Assembly: GCA_040387855.1 (NCBI GenBank)
Contig: JAZKCY010000001.1
Coordinates: 317,857 to 381,856, forward strand
Direction of reading: 5' to 3'
DNA: 64,000 bases
Source of the DNA: Patescibacteria group bacterium
GTDB taxonomy: Bacteria > Patescibacteriota > Minisyncoccia > Phycocordibacterales > JAKAEA01
Shown here piece after piece: positions 50,537 through 60,100 of the stretch; the stretch's first letter is position 1, and every line of letters begins with the position of its first letter. A model generated the notes under the pieces. It saw nothing but the letters and a program-made list of their open reading frames with translations. It had not been told where the DNA came from and ran no database searches. The position numbers and the translations under genes are program-made.

Positions 50537-50869
50537 CTATGCCTGCTTTTTTAAAAGCTTCTTTCCAAAATTGAACATACTATCAACAACAGGAAGACTT
50601 TCTTTGCCAAGCTTACTAAGACAGTAGGTGACTGAGAGTTTATTAATTGTTTCTTCGTTGCGGATAATCATTCCCATTTCTTCAAGAGTCTTGAGCTTTG
50701 TTGTGAGGGTAGCAGAATTGATTCCCAATAATTCTTGAAGTTCTTTAAATCGAAGTTCGCCATTGCGTAGAGCATCAACAATCTTCAAACGCCAGCCATC
50801 ACCAAAGACTTCAAAGGCTTTGATACATGCTGGTTCGTTGTTTGGTTCAGGTTGCTTGGAGTTTTGCAT
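50537..50869 (-). CDS. HxlR-family winged-helix regulator
   Basis: C..AFEVFGDGW, RFKEL, LTTKLKTLE, YCLSKLG. Confidence 0.88.
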   Translation of the reverse strand: MQNSKQPEPNNEPACIKAFEVFGDGWRLKIVDALRNGELRFKELQELLGINSATLTTKLKTLEEMGMIIRNEETINKLSVTYCLSKLGKESLPVVDSMFNFGKKLLKKQA

Positions 50870-50966
50870 TGTGGTGTAGTTGGGTTTAAGTTTGCTTTAA
50901 AACTTAAAGTGCTTTATTATTTAAACTACTTTACTATATAAAGCAATAATAACATATTCAGACATT

Positions 50967-51548
50967 ATGATCAAGATAAAAATAATTGCCGGATCGACAC
51001 GGCCAGGACGGTTTAACACACAGCCAGCGCAGTGGATTTATAATCTCGCAAAAGAACGAAAAGATATTGAAGTAGAACTTTTGGACTTAGCAGAAATTAA
51101 CTTGCCATTACTCGATGAAGCCGTTCCACCATCAATGGCTGGCGGGAAATATGAACATGAGCATACTCGAAAATGGGCAGCAAAGATTAGCGAAGCCGAT
51201 GGATTTATTATTGTTGCCCCTGAATACAATCATTCAGTACCTGCGGCGCTAAAAAATGCTTTAGACTTTGTGTATCATGAATGGAGTTTTAAACCAGTAA
51301 GCTATATTAGCTATGGTTCACTTGCAGGAGGGGCTCGATCGGTAGAACATTTACGTGGAATTGCTGGGGAACTAAAGATGTATGATCTGCGAGAACAAAT
51401 TTTACTTCCCGCATATTATGAAAATCTTAATGAGAAAGGTGAGTATCAATTTAATGAACGGCATGTAAAACAAGCTGAAGGGATGCTAAATGATATTACA
51501 TTCTGGTCAACTGAGATGAAGGCATCTCGTGCAAAGCTATCAATATAG
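50967..51548 (+). CDS. NADPH-dependent FMN reductase
   Basis: GSTRPGR, PEYNHSVPAALKNALD. Confidence 0.93.
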   Translation: MIKIKIIAGSTRPGRFNTQPAQWIYNLAKERKDIEVELLDLAEINLPLLDEAVPPSMAGGKYEHEHTRKWAAKISEADGFIIVAPEYNHSVPAALKNALDFVYHEWSFKPVSYISYGSLAGGARSVEHLRGIAGELKMYDLREQILLPAYYENLNEKGEYQFNERHVKQAEGMLNDITFWSTEMKASRAKLSI

Positions 51549-51639
51549 CTTTCCTATACACAGCTGTACATTGGATGAGCCTGAATAGTGCGATATACTT
51601 AAGTCACATTATCATGTGGTCTTATACTTCGCTTATTTG

Positions 51640-54285
51640 ATGAAAAAGTTACATATATATTTACTTATAGCAGCACTACTTATTGGTAGTGTTGTTGTCG
51701 TTGGTATGATGATTGAAAAAAACAATCGTCTACCTGCTGCGGTTAGTCAATCCAGCATATCCAACACAACTCAGCGGGTTACTCAATTTATGCTGATAAA
51801 TGCTGATAATGATCAGGCAATTACTTCAATTACTAATAACTCAGTAATAAATCTTGCTACATTACCTACAAAGAACTTAAATATTGAGGTAATTACTAAT
51901 CCTGCTACTGTGGGCAGCGTTAGGTTCTCATATGACCAATATTCAGGATACAAGCTTCAAGATATCCCACCATATGCTATTGGAGGAAGTTCAACGAGTA
52001 GAGATTTCTATAGTTGGAATCTTACCGAAGGATCACATACCCTTAAAGTTACTCCATATACTGGTAAGGGAGGAACAGGTACAGCGGGAAGTCCTCTTAC
52101 TGTAGAATTTTCTGTAATCAATCAAGTTCAACAAGCTACAATTCAAAGTCTTGAACTCTACAACACTGACTATAATGCACCAACTAAATTTTTTACTCCC
52201 ATTACTGATGGCACCGTAATTGATTTAACTAAACTTACAACTAAAAATCTTACAATTAAGGCTAATCCATCTGCTGATACTTCTATTGTTCAATTTGATT
52301 TGGATGGAAAATTAAAATTTGGATATGAAACTGGTGCACCGTATTTTATGGCTGGAGATAATACTTCAAACTGGCCCTATGCATGGAATCCAACATTAGG
52401 TTCACATACAGTAGTGGTAACTCCATTTAAGCGAGTAAATGGATCACTCGTTGCGGGAGTTCCTAAAACAATTCGATTTTCTGTAATCAATCCAGCCCCA
52501 GTAGTTGTTGTACCAACTATGTCACTTGCAGCTCCTACGAGTATTACTTCAGGAGGGAATATTACATTGTCGTGGACATCTACAAACACTACGTCATGTG
52601 TAGCCTCAGGTGATTGGACAAATACTCAAGGTCCATCTGGAACCATTACATTCTCAGGAATTACTCAAGCAAAAACATTTACGTTAACGTGTACTGGTGC
52701 AGGAGGTAATGTTTCAAAGACTGTATCTGTAGCGGTAACTGAAGTAGTTGTGCCTCCCACTCCACCCACACCACCAACTCCGCCTACACCTCCCACTCCT
52801 CCAGATATAACCCCACCAGACACAACACCTGTTGTTGGGTATACGGATATAACACCTAAATTTGATTCTAAAATTGTATATGTATCATCATCACTAGGAA
52901 GTGATAGTAACGATGGATCACTTGGCGCACCGGTACAGTCGGTATCAAAAGCTATGACTATGATACGAAGTGGTTATCCAGATCAGATACTTCTAAAACG
53001 AGGAGATAGTTGGAGTGGAGAAATTACAAACTATATTACATCACTCTACAATCCAATCTCAGGTAGATCTGCATCAGACAGATTGGTAATTAGTTCATAT
53101 GGCACAGGAAGTAGACCAAAAGTATCTTCAAATACCAACGGAGTCACTCTAGGTCATGGTACAAAACATATTGCTATTGTTGGAATCCATTTCGTCGGGA
53201 ATTTTAAGGATGATGCAATACGACTTGAAGGTACTTCTGTTGGTGGTGAAAATATTCTTATTGAAGATTGCTACATAGAAAAGTTTGCAAAGGGAATTAC
53301 TATCTCAGTTGCCCAGCCATATTCTCAAGTAACACAACAGAATTCACCTAATCTCATAAAGAATGTTGCTATTCGACGTAATGTTGTCGTTGATGTATTT
53401 AGTACTGTTGATGCGCAAGGGAATCTAGAACACCCTGAAGGAACATATTTTTATGGTATTAACGGCATACTTGTAGAAGATAATATATTTGATAACAACG
53501 GACGGCGGGCAAACGGAACAGGAGGTACAATCTTCGGACATGCAGTTTATATTACAGGTAGAAACTGGAACTCAGTTGTGCGAAATAATATATTCTCAAA
53601 TGCAGCAAGTGATGCTCTTCAAGCTCGTGCTGGAGGAATAGTAGAAAACAACTTCTTCTACAATAATCCAATTCACCTTTCTTTTGGATATGTAAATGGA
53701 GGAGGACCACAACATTTAGGCGGTGTTCGAGGAACCGTTAAGAATAATGTGATGATTGGTACTCGTATTGTAGATGCGGGAGGACCAAATGTATCTGGTC
53801 CAGTAAATGGTAAACGAGGTCAAGCATTGGTAATGGCAAACATTGCTGAGGCTGTTGTAGAAAAAAATATTATTGCGTTTAATACACTGTCGACAAATCG
53901 TGCTGCTATTATTCTTGAGCCTGGATCTGGTGAATATGCAGCAGATGCAATAGGTATTCATAATCTTATGATACGAGATAATATTGTGTATCAATATCCT
54001 ACTGCCTTTACAATTAATAGTCTTGGACTTGTTGGACTTGGCCGATACTCAGCAAGTAATATTGTATTACGAGGAAATCATCTTTCAGGTCTAGTTAAAG
54101 TAAGTTCTGCATATACTACTCCAGATGGACCATTTAATGCTCCTATTGAAGTGAGTCCAAATCTCAGTTCAAATTATGATTCATTTATTTTAGAAGCACG
54201 TAGTCAATCTAAAACAAATTGGCGATCTCAGTTTACTGCAACTGCAATCAACAATCAGGTGCGGAGCTTAATGTATTTCAAATAA
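51640..54285 (+). CDS. Large surface protein with Ig-like repeats, Pro-Thr linker and right-handed beta-helix
   Basis: N-terminal TM, two similar beta domains, PPT repeats, YVSSSLGSDSNDG...LLKRGD, and NIL(I/V)ED-type beta-helix repeats. Confidence 0.8.
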   Translation: MKKLHIYLLIAALLIGSVVVVGMMIEKNNRLPAAVSQSSISNTTQRVTQFMLINADNDQAITSITNNSVINLATLPTKNLNIEVITNPATVGSVRFSYDQYSGYKLQDIPPYAIGGSSTSRDFYSWNLTEGSHTLKVTPYTGKGGTGTAGSPLTVEFSVINQVQQATIQSLELYNTDYNAPTKFFTPITDGTVIDLTKLTTKNLTIKANPSADTSIVQFDLDGKLKFGYETGAPYFMAGDNTSNWPYAWNPTLGSHTVVVTPFKRVNGSLVAGVPKTIRFSVINPAPVVVVPTMSLAAPTSITSGGNITLSWTSTNTTSCVASGDWTNTQGPSGTITFSGITQAKTFTLTCTGAGGNVSKTVSVAVTEVVVPPTPPTPPTPPTPPTPPDITPPDTTPVVGYTDITPKFDSKIVYVSSSLGSDSNDGSLGAPVQSVSKAMTMIRSGYPDQILLKRGDSWSGEITNYITSLYNPISGRSASDRLVISSYGTGSRPKVSSNTNGVTLGHGTKHIAIVGIHFVGNFKDDAIRLEGTSVGGENILIEDCYIEKFAKGITISVAQPYSQVTQQNSPNLIKNVAIRRNVVVDVFSTVDAQGNLEHPEGTYFYGINGILVEDNIFDNNGRRANGTGGTIFGHAVYITGRNWNSVVRNNIFSNAASDALQARAGGIVENNFFYNNPIHLSFGYVNGGGPQHLGGVRGTVKNNVMIGTRIVDAGGPNVSGPVNGKRGQALVMANIAEAVVEKNIIAFNTLSTNRAAIILEPGSGEYAADAIGIHNLMIRDNIVYQYPTAFTINSLGLVGLGRYSASNIVLRGNHLSGLVKVSSAYTTPDGPFNAPIEVSPNLSSNYDSFILEARSQSKTNWRSQFTATAINNQVRSLMYFK
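52753..52821 (+). repeat. Pro-Pro-Thr linker repeat
   Basis: PPTPPTPPTPPTPPTPPDITPPD with diverged synonymous codons. Confidence 0.8.
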
Positions 54286-54293
54286 AAAACACC

Positions 54294-54773
54294 TCAAGGA
54301 ACTTGATCCTTGGGTGCATTATCAGACAAAGGATTTGCCTTTGTCTGATTTTGTTGTGGGGAACTACTTGGGTAGCAGAGGAAAATTGCAGCAACTATCG
54401 CTGCAGAAAATCCCACTGCTTGCATCCATGTGATTCCGCGGTTGACGATGATCGAATAGATCGCCGGTGGGCATGTTTGGGCGACGAGCATCACTACAAA
54501 AAGAATACCCACTTTTGCAGGCATAGCTTCGGATAGCAATGTGTTGAAGATCACCACGCCTCCGGTTGCGATCACTGCAGCAATGATGGTCATTGTCCAG
54601 TTGGCACGGTAGAGCGAACTTGTATCCATCAGTGCCGGAGTGATCAAGAGCGTAAGCTGAATACAGCTCACAACCACACACGTTACAAATCCAGATAGAT
54701 TGCTCTTGTTCATGAACAATGGCCAGATGCCGAAGAGCAATCCCGCTGCGATGGCCATGATTTGATGTTTCAT
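54294..54773 (-). CDS. Small multi-TM (EamA/DMT-like) protein (higher-GC, SD-led class)
   Basis: About 5 hydrophobic segments, GLLFGIWP; GGAG upstream. Confidence 0.65.
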   Translation of the reverse strand: MKHQIMAIAAGLLFGIWPLFMNKSNLSGFVTCVVVSCIQLTLLITPALMDTSSLYRANWTMTIIAAVIATGGVVIFNTLLSEAMPAKVGILFVVMLVAQTCPPAIYSIIVNRGITWMQAVGFSAAIVAAIFLCYPSSSPQQNQTKANPLSDNAPKDQVP

Positions 54774-54872
54774 CTCCACAGACTCCACAAAGACTCGGAA
54801 CATGACGCTCAGCGTAAATTACCACTATGAAGTAGTTTGTCAATTAACACATAATGCTATACTTATGTATAT

Positions 54873-55343
54873 ATGATAAAGAATAATAAAACAGCGTTTA
54901 TAATTGGCGGGTCTATTATAGGGGGAATCATTATTGGATGTATTATTTGTTGTCTCATGATGATGTGTATGGGAGGAGGAATGATGAATCGTCATATGAA
55001 GATGAAAGGAATGTATTCTCAGAACATGAATGGAATGCACATGATGCCTGATGGAACAATGATGCCAAATGCAGGAGCTGTACCACCACGTGATACTCCT
55101 GGCATGCAAGGAATGATGGATCATATGAATGCAAATCTCGAAGGAAAAACAGGGGATGCATTTGATCAAGCGTTCTTAGAAGAAATGATTGTGCATCATG
55201 AAGGGGCAGTAGAAATGGCAGAAGCTGCATTAACGAATGCAAAGCATCCTGAAATCAAAAAGCTTTCTCAAGATATAATTACTGCTCAGAAGAAAGAAAT
55301 TGCAGATATGAAAGCATGGCTAAAAGCTTGGTATAACAAATAA
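54873..55343 (+). CDS. DUF305/CopM-like Met-rich metal-binding protein
   Basis: FDQAFLEEMIVHHEGAVEMA, IITAQKKEIADM. Confidence 0.88.
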   Translation: MIKNNKTAFIIGGSIIGGIIIGCIICCLMMMCMGGGMMNRHMKMKGMYSQNMNGMHMMPDGTMMPNAGAVPPRDTPGMQGMMDHMNANLEGKTGDAFDQAFLEEMIVHHEGAVEMAEAALTNAKHPEIKKLSQDIITAQKKEIADMKAWLKAWYNK

Positions 55344-55351
55344 AAATCTAA

Positions 55352-55383
55352 AGTAAAAAACCACCCTATGGTGGTTTTTTACT
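55352..55383. terminator. Bidirectional terminator
   Basis: agtaaaaaaccacc/ggtggttttttact. Confidence 0.8.
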
Positions 55384-55405
55384 TCTCAACTCCTACAACA
55401 TCTTG

Positions 55406-55894
55406 TTAAACAGAGTACATTTTTTGTAGTTTTTCAATATCTTTATAAATATAGGAATCTGATGGAAGAGAAAATAATTCTACATCTAGCTTTGTACTTG
55501 TATCTGAAAATATTTTCTGTAACGCCATAAGTCTGCCATTACCTTCAAATGACATATAGCCATCTTTGTAGGGAATAATTTGAATTGGGCTTACAGAGGG
55601 CATTATTTCTATGAGCTGATCATTTGATATAGTCTCATCATTCAAAACCATAGTATCTTTTATATCAGAAAGTGCCTTCACTCTAAGATCAATTTTATCT
55701 AGTGCTGATTTTCTATTTATCGGGTGAATGAGAATAATAGAATGTATAGGTACTGATGTAAAAGTTCGTAAGGTGGCTTTGCGGGTAATATCAAGAACGA
55801 TTTTTGCAAGTAATGCATCGCTAAGTGAGAGGTGACGTAATTCAGGGGTTTTATGTAGAAGCCATTTTCGGAACCGGTTTAGTCGATGAATCAT
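55406..55894 (-). CDS. Hypothetical protein, ParB/sulfiredoxin-like motif
   Basis: SPIQI...FEGNGRLMAL. Confidence 0.55.
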   Translation of the reverse strand: MIHRLNRFRKWLLHKTPELRHLSLSDALLAKIVLDITRKATLRTFTSVPIHSIILIHPINRKSALDKIDLRVKALSDIKDTMVLNDETISNDQLIEIMPSVSPIQIIPYKDGYMSFEGNGRLMALQKIFSDTSTKLDVELFSLPSDSYIYKDIEKLQKMYSV

Positions 55895-55975
55895 AGTTGT
55901 AGTATAGCAAAAATATTACTTTTTCAAGATCATACTAGGGTGTCATAAAGCCTCAGCATTTTCGTCTCTAGATAT

Positions 55976-56221
55976 ATGTCAGACACAACAAAACTAACAA
56001 AAGTTGAAGCGTACCTTTCAAACGAACGTACACTACTCTCTTATATGCGAACAGCAGCATCAGTGGCTGTACTTGCTGTTGCAATGTTTAAGTTTTTTGA
56101 AGATGAATGGGTGATCTATTTAGGATTTGCTGTGTTACTACTTGGAGTTGGCGTATTTGTTTTGGGTACCTATAGATTTATTCAGGGAAGAAAACGAATT
56201 AATTCGATTACTACTTCGTAA
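55976..56221 (+). CDS. DUF202 (YidH-like) membrane protein
   Basis: LSNERTLLSYMRTA; ECF-type motif 55941-55966. Confidence 0.9.
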   Translation: MSDTTKLTKVEAYLSNERTLLSYMRTAASVAVLAVAMFKFFEDEWVIYLGFAVLLLGVGVFVLGTYRFIQGRKRINSITTS

Positions 56222-56699
56222 GCCCAGCAAGTACTTCATCTAGTCGCTCATGTCCTTCTACAACTCCGTGCTCCATTCCAGACTGAATCATTCCATCGCG
56301 ATCAGTTTGTGTTGAAAACACGGATGTCCCAACAACTCGAGTTCTGTTTCCAGGAAGACTTTCAAATCGAGCTGTTTCTAATGCAACATGACCTCGTTCT
56401 GGAAGACCTTCAAATTCAAATGTTCCCACAAGCAATTCTGGGGTTTTCATGTAGTGGGTGACACCGTTAAATGCATAAGCATTACCCTGAGGATCTTTTG
56501 AAATATATCTCCATGAACCTCCATTTTTTGCTTCAAATTTTTCAATTTCCATACTCATACCTCGAGGACCTACCCATTGTTTGTACAAATCAGCTTCTGT
56601 ATATGCTCTAAATACTAAATCTCGTGGTGCATCAAATTCTCGAGTGATTATTATACTTAGTTGTCCTGGTTCTGCTACTATTGTTGTTTTATTAGCCAT
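56211..56699 (-). CDS. SRPBCC/AHSA1-like protein
   Basis: TREFDAPRDLVFRA, GGSWRY, SGMEHG. Confidence 0.9.
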   Translation of the reverse strand: MANKTTIVAEPGQLSIIITREFDAPRDLVFRAYTEADLYKQWVGPRGMSMEIEKFEAKNGGSWRYISKDPQGNAYAFNGVTHYMKTPELLVGTFEFEGLPERGHVALETARFESLPGNRTRVVGTSVFSTQTDRDGMIQSGMEHGVVEGHERLDEVLAGLTK

Positions 56700-57033
56700 A
56701 ATGTTTTTTCTTTAATTTTTCTAATACCTCATCTAAGCGCTCAAATTTTTCCTCCCATATCTTTCTATACTCCTCTATATATTCATATGCAAACTTCATC
56801 GCAGGAGGGGAGAGAGCAATATATTGATGCGTACCTTCACGTCGCTTTTCTATTAAATGTGCTTTTGCTAATACTTGAATATGTTTAGAGACTGCAGCAA
56901 GTGTGAGATCATATCGTTCTGCGAGTTCATTCACAGATAGTTCTTTCTTGGCTACGCGCTTTAATATATCTCGACGGGTGGGATCCGCGAGGGAATAAAA
57001 GATACGATCAATGTCTAATTTATATTCAACCAT
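56692..57033 (-). CDS. ArsR-family regulator
   Basis: SLADPTRRDIL, AVSKHIQVL. Confidence 0.92.
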   Translation of the reverse strand: MVEYKLDIDRIFYSLADPTRRDILKRVAKKELSVNELAERYDLTLAAVSKHIQVLAKAHLIEKRREGTHQYIALSPPAMKFAYEYIEEYRKIWEEKFERLDEVLEKLKKKHYG

Positions 57034-57044
57034 TTAGTTGAATA
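57023..57044. promoter_or_regulatory. Candidate ArsR operator overlapping the start codon
   Basis: TATTCAAC-N6-GTTGAATA inverted repeat; TTGACA-N17-TATTAT promoter immediately upstream. Confidence 0.65.
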
Positions 57045-57087
57045 ATATACTATATGAGTTTTTATGTCAAATAAAAAACCGACATGG

Positions 57088-57852
57088 TCAGAGGATCTGA
57101 TTCATGCCGGCAACGGTGATCTTGAGGTTTTCGTACAGCCCGGGCACACCAACTGTGCTGTAGGATTGGCCATCTGGAGCAATGAACACGAGGTCACAGT
57201 CGCATACGAGCTCATTGCAGCCCGGGCAGGTTTGGTAGCGATCAAACACCTCCTGCTCGAGATCGATACCACGCACGTATGCGAGCGTGAGTAGCCAGCT
57301 GAGTACATCTGCAGCTTCGAGCTCAGACTGGTGATCTGCCATACCACCACGAAGAGGTGTATGTGGGCCTCTCGACTGGATGATGCTCAGTTCACCGACT
57401 TCGCTTACGAGCCTGCCGTAGATCTTCCAGAACTTGTCGCCCTGAAGGTGTCGCCAGCCGTAGACGGTCTTGAGGTGCTCTTGCCACCGTCTCAACGTCC
57501 AGCCGCGCTGCTCATCATGCAGCTTGTAATCCTTTGGGTCGGGACGGGTTGCATCATTGCAGTCGCAGGGCATGTGCGTGCAGTACAAGCAGCCATACGG
57601 CGGGAACTTGTACATCATCCCGCGCTCAAGGTCGACGCGACCATTGAAGAAATTGACTACGTTGTAGAAGTAGCTGACACTTCTCGCAAGTCGTCCGGGC
57701 AGGCGCTCGCTTTTCCGCTCCGCATCAGCGATCTTGCCGACGCGGTAGATCATATGGCCTGCACGTTCCGGGAACGAACCTCCGGTGTGTTGAACACGAC
57801 GGTTGTACATCCGGTTGAAATGGTTCTGCAGTCCGAGAATGGTGGTTTCCAT
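57088..57852 (-). CDS. Tandem MazG-like nucleotide pyrophosphohydrolase (GC-rich, SD-led class)
   Basis: Two repeats ending in CxxC-x3-CxC; SEVGEL...LEAADVLSWL; SD AGGAG. Confidence 0.72.
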   Translation of the reverse strand: METTILGLQNHFNRMYNRRVQHTGGSFPERAGHMIYRVGKIADAERKSERLPGRLARSVSYFYNVVNFFNGRVDLERGMMYKFPPYGCLYCTHMPCDCNDATRPDPKDYKLHDEQRGWTLRRWQEHLKTVYGWRHLQGDKFWKIYGRLVSEVGELSIIQSRGPHTPLRGGMADHQSELEAADVLSWLLTLAYVRGIDLEQEVFDRYQTCPGCNELVCDCDLVFIAPDGQSYSTVGVPGLYENLKITVAGMNQIL

Positions 57853-57917
57853 GTGACGCGCTCCTACGTGGTGTTGTGGTCGTAGTACAGAAGAACGACG
57901 ATCGTTCTGTCGCTATA

Positions 57918-58721
57918 CTATTGCTGTGGGTACCAATTTGCAAGTACTACTTCAATATTTGAGTCTCCAGTATTTACAAGTGTTTTAAATTTAGCCACAT
58001 CTGCTAATCCATCTTGTCCGCGGTAGTGGTAGGGATATACGATCTTTGGTTTGAATGCGAGCACTGCTTGAGCTGCATCTTCAACACCCATAGTGAATGG
58101 AAGATTCATAGGAACAAATGCCATATCAATATCAGTGAGTGCTTTCATTTCTGGAGTTGGTCCGGTATCACCAGCAACATACACTCGGTAGCCATCTCGC
58201 TCAATTATGTATCCATTGCCTCGGCCTTTTGTATGTCTGCTATCTGTTGCTTCAGGATAGTTATACATAGGTACTGCGGTAATAGTGAAACCTTGTTCTG
58301 TTCGTGTCTGACCATTGTTCATTACAACTGCTCGTGATTTAAGATTTGCAGGAAGCAAATCAACTACTGCTTTTGGTGCGATAAGTGTAGAGCTGCCAAC
58401 GATAGTATTTAATGTACTGGTACTTAAGTGATCTCCATGGATATCAGTTACAAGAATGATATTTGGTGGTTGAATTCCTTGAAAGTTTGCTGCGCCACCC
58501 GTTGGATCCAAAAAGATATTTTTATTTGCCCAAGTGAGAACTCCGGTTGCATGTGAAAGCGGAATCACTGTTACAGGAACATTTTGTTGCTGTGTATTTC
58601 CTGTCTGATTGGTTGAGGTTGCTAACGGTTGAGTCCCATCTGTTGTTGTAGTTCTATTTAAAAGTGAAAACAAGGCGATTATTATAATAATTACTAAAAT
58701 TATGGGTATGATTCTTTTCAT
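57918..58721 (-). CDS. Membrane-anchored metallo-beta-lactamase-fold hydrolase
   Basis: TDIHGDHL, VAGDT, YPYHY. Confidence 0.88.
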   Translation of the reverse strand: MKRIIPIILVIIIIIALFSLLNRTTTTDGTQPLATSTNQTGNTQQQNVPVTVIPLSHATGVLTWANKNIFLDPTGGAANFQGIQPPNIILVTDIHGDHLSTSTLNTIVGSSTLIAPKAVVDLLPANLKSRAVVMNNGQTRTEQGFTITAVPMYNYPEATDSRHTKGRGNGYIIERDGYRVYVAGDTGPTPEMKALTDIDMAFVPMNLPFTMGVEDAAQAVLAFKPKIVYPYHYRGQDGLADVAKFKTLVNTGDSNIEVVLANWYPQQ

Positions 58722-58858
58722 ATAAGTTCATTATACCAACTAGTAATAGGTCAACAATACTAAGACGTGTGAGAACTAAGAATCTGTATTTTTAAGTATA
58801 AAAAAACCGTGTCGAAACACGGGTGTCATGAAATCTACGACAAGAACTGATGGTGCAC

Positions 58859-59347
58859 TTACGGCTTGATCCACACCGCAGTGGACTCTGCTGAGATCGT
58901 CGTTGATGTGCTACCAGTGGAGCTCACGGTTATGCGAACTCCCTGGCCGGTCACGCTGTAGACGCCACCTCTTTGGAAACCGCTAATGCTCTTGCTAACC
59001 GTGGTGTCGGTCGAGTAGACCTTGAACGTGGCAAGTGCCACTTGGCGCATAGTGCCAGTGGTTTGCTGTTGGCGGATCACCAGCCGAGTATGTGTGGCCC
59101 GAGGACCACTTGGGTTGATGGTGTAGGTGAACTTCACCGTCGCCGCACCCGTAAGCGTATTACGGGCGACGATCTGCCGCTGCAGGTAGAGCGGTGGTTG
59201 TACCCGCGTTACCGAGGTTGTGGTCACCGCTCTAAGGTTGTAGGTGTAAGCAGCCTGTGCCACCGAGTCGAGAATCGATGTCGCGCCTCCACCGAGGCCA
59301 ACCGACATCACAGTACGATTTTCGAGACATTCAACATACGGAAGCAT
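58859..59347 (-). CDS. Beta-rich protein with planctomycete-type N-terminal motif (GC-rich, SD-led class)
   Basis: MLPYVECLENRTVMS; SD AAGGA; Thr/Ser-rich beta-strand body. Confidence 0.7.
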   Translation of the reverse strand: MLPYVECLENRTVMSVGLGGGATSILDSVAQAAYTYNLRAVTTTSVTRVQPPLYLQRQIVARNTLTGAATVKFTYTINPSGPRATHTRLVIRQQQTTGTMRQVALATFKVYSTDTTVSKSISGFQRGGVYSVTGQGVRITVSSTGSTSTTISAESTAVWIKP

Positions 59348-59439
59348 GAAACGTAGTCCTTCTGCATGCAAACGAAAAGGAGCAGCCGTGCTCCTTGTTC
59401 ATCTGCGGGAACTGAACCGAACGGTACAATACCAAAAAA

Positions 59440-59628
59440 TCAGGAAAATCTCAAGCCTTCTTTTTTAAGTGCAGCTCGCAAGAGTGGAAGTGAACCTGGT
59501 CCCATGCCGTGAAGAGCTAAGATTTCTTTTTCAGAATATCTTGAGAGTTTTTTGAGGGAATCTATACCAGCATTAAGTAATGCTCTTTGTGCTGGTGCAG
59601 AAAGTTTTATTTGACTAATTTCTTTCAT
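59440..59628 (-). CDS. Small helix-hairpin-helix (RNAP alpha-CTD-like) protein
   Basis: LSAPAQRALLNAGI...LHGMGP. Confidence 0.8.
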   Translation of the reverse strand: MKEISQIKLSAPAQRALLNAGIDSLKKLSRYSEKEILALHGMGPGSLPLLRAALKKEGLRFS

Positions 59629-59635
59629 AAGCTAA

Positions 59636-60019
59636 TTACATAAATACAAAATATGCAGCAATAATAATTGCTGCTTGTGCGAGTACATACGTAGTATCAG
59701 TAATAATTGCATACTTACTTTTACCTGAGAAAAGACTTGTTGCTTTAATGAATACTGCGACCATACACACAATGAGAATGGCAAATGGTAGGGAAAGAAC
59801 AAGGGCGAGATTCAAAACCCATGCAAATAAAATAGTTCCTAATCCTTGTGACAAAAGAATTAATCCAAGAGGTCGGCCGGGAACAGCTGGTGTACCCATG
59901 CCTGCACGCCATTTGTTTCCAAACATTTTTGGTGAAAACCATAATGATCCAAGTGAGAAAGCAATAAAAGCCCCTATAATAACTGACAACCAATTTATAT
60001 TAGTTAGAAGTGATTCCAT
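59636..60019 (-). CDS. DUF1761-like membrane protein
   Basis: INWLSVI...LGSLWFSPKMFGNKW. Confidence 0.8.
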   Translation of the reverse strand: MESLLTNINWLSVIIGAFIAFSLGSLWFSPKMFGNKWRAGMGTPAVPGRPLGLILLSQGLGTILFAWVLNLALVLSLPFAILIVCMVAVFIKATSLFSGKSKYAIITDTTYVLAQAAIIIAAYFVFM

Positions 60020-60100
60020 AAAAATATTTATTAAATGATATTTAAAGTATAGCAGAGTTAGAATAATCTAGCATAAAAAAAACGCATACAGCCAGGAAGT

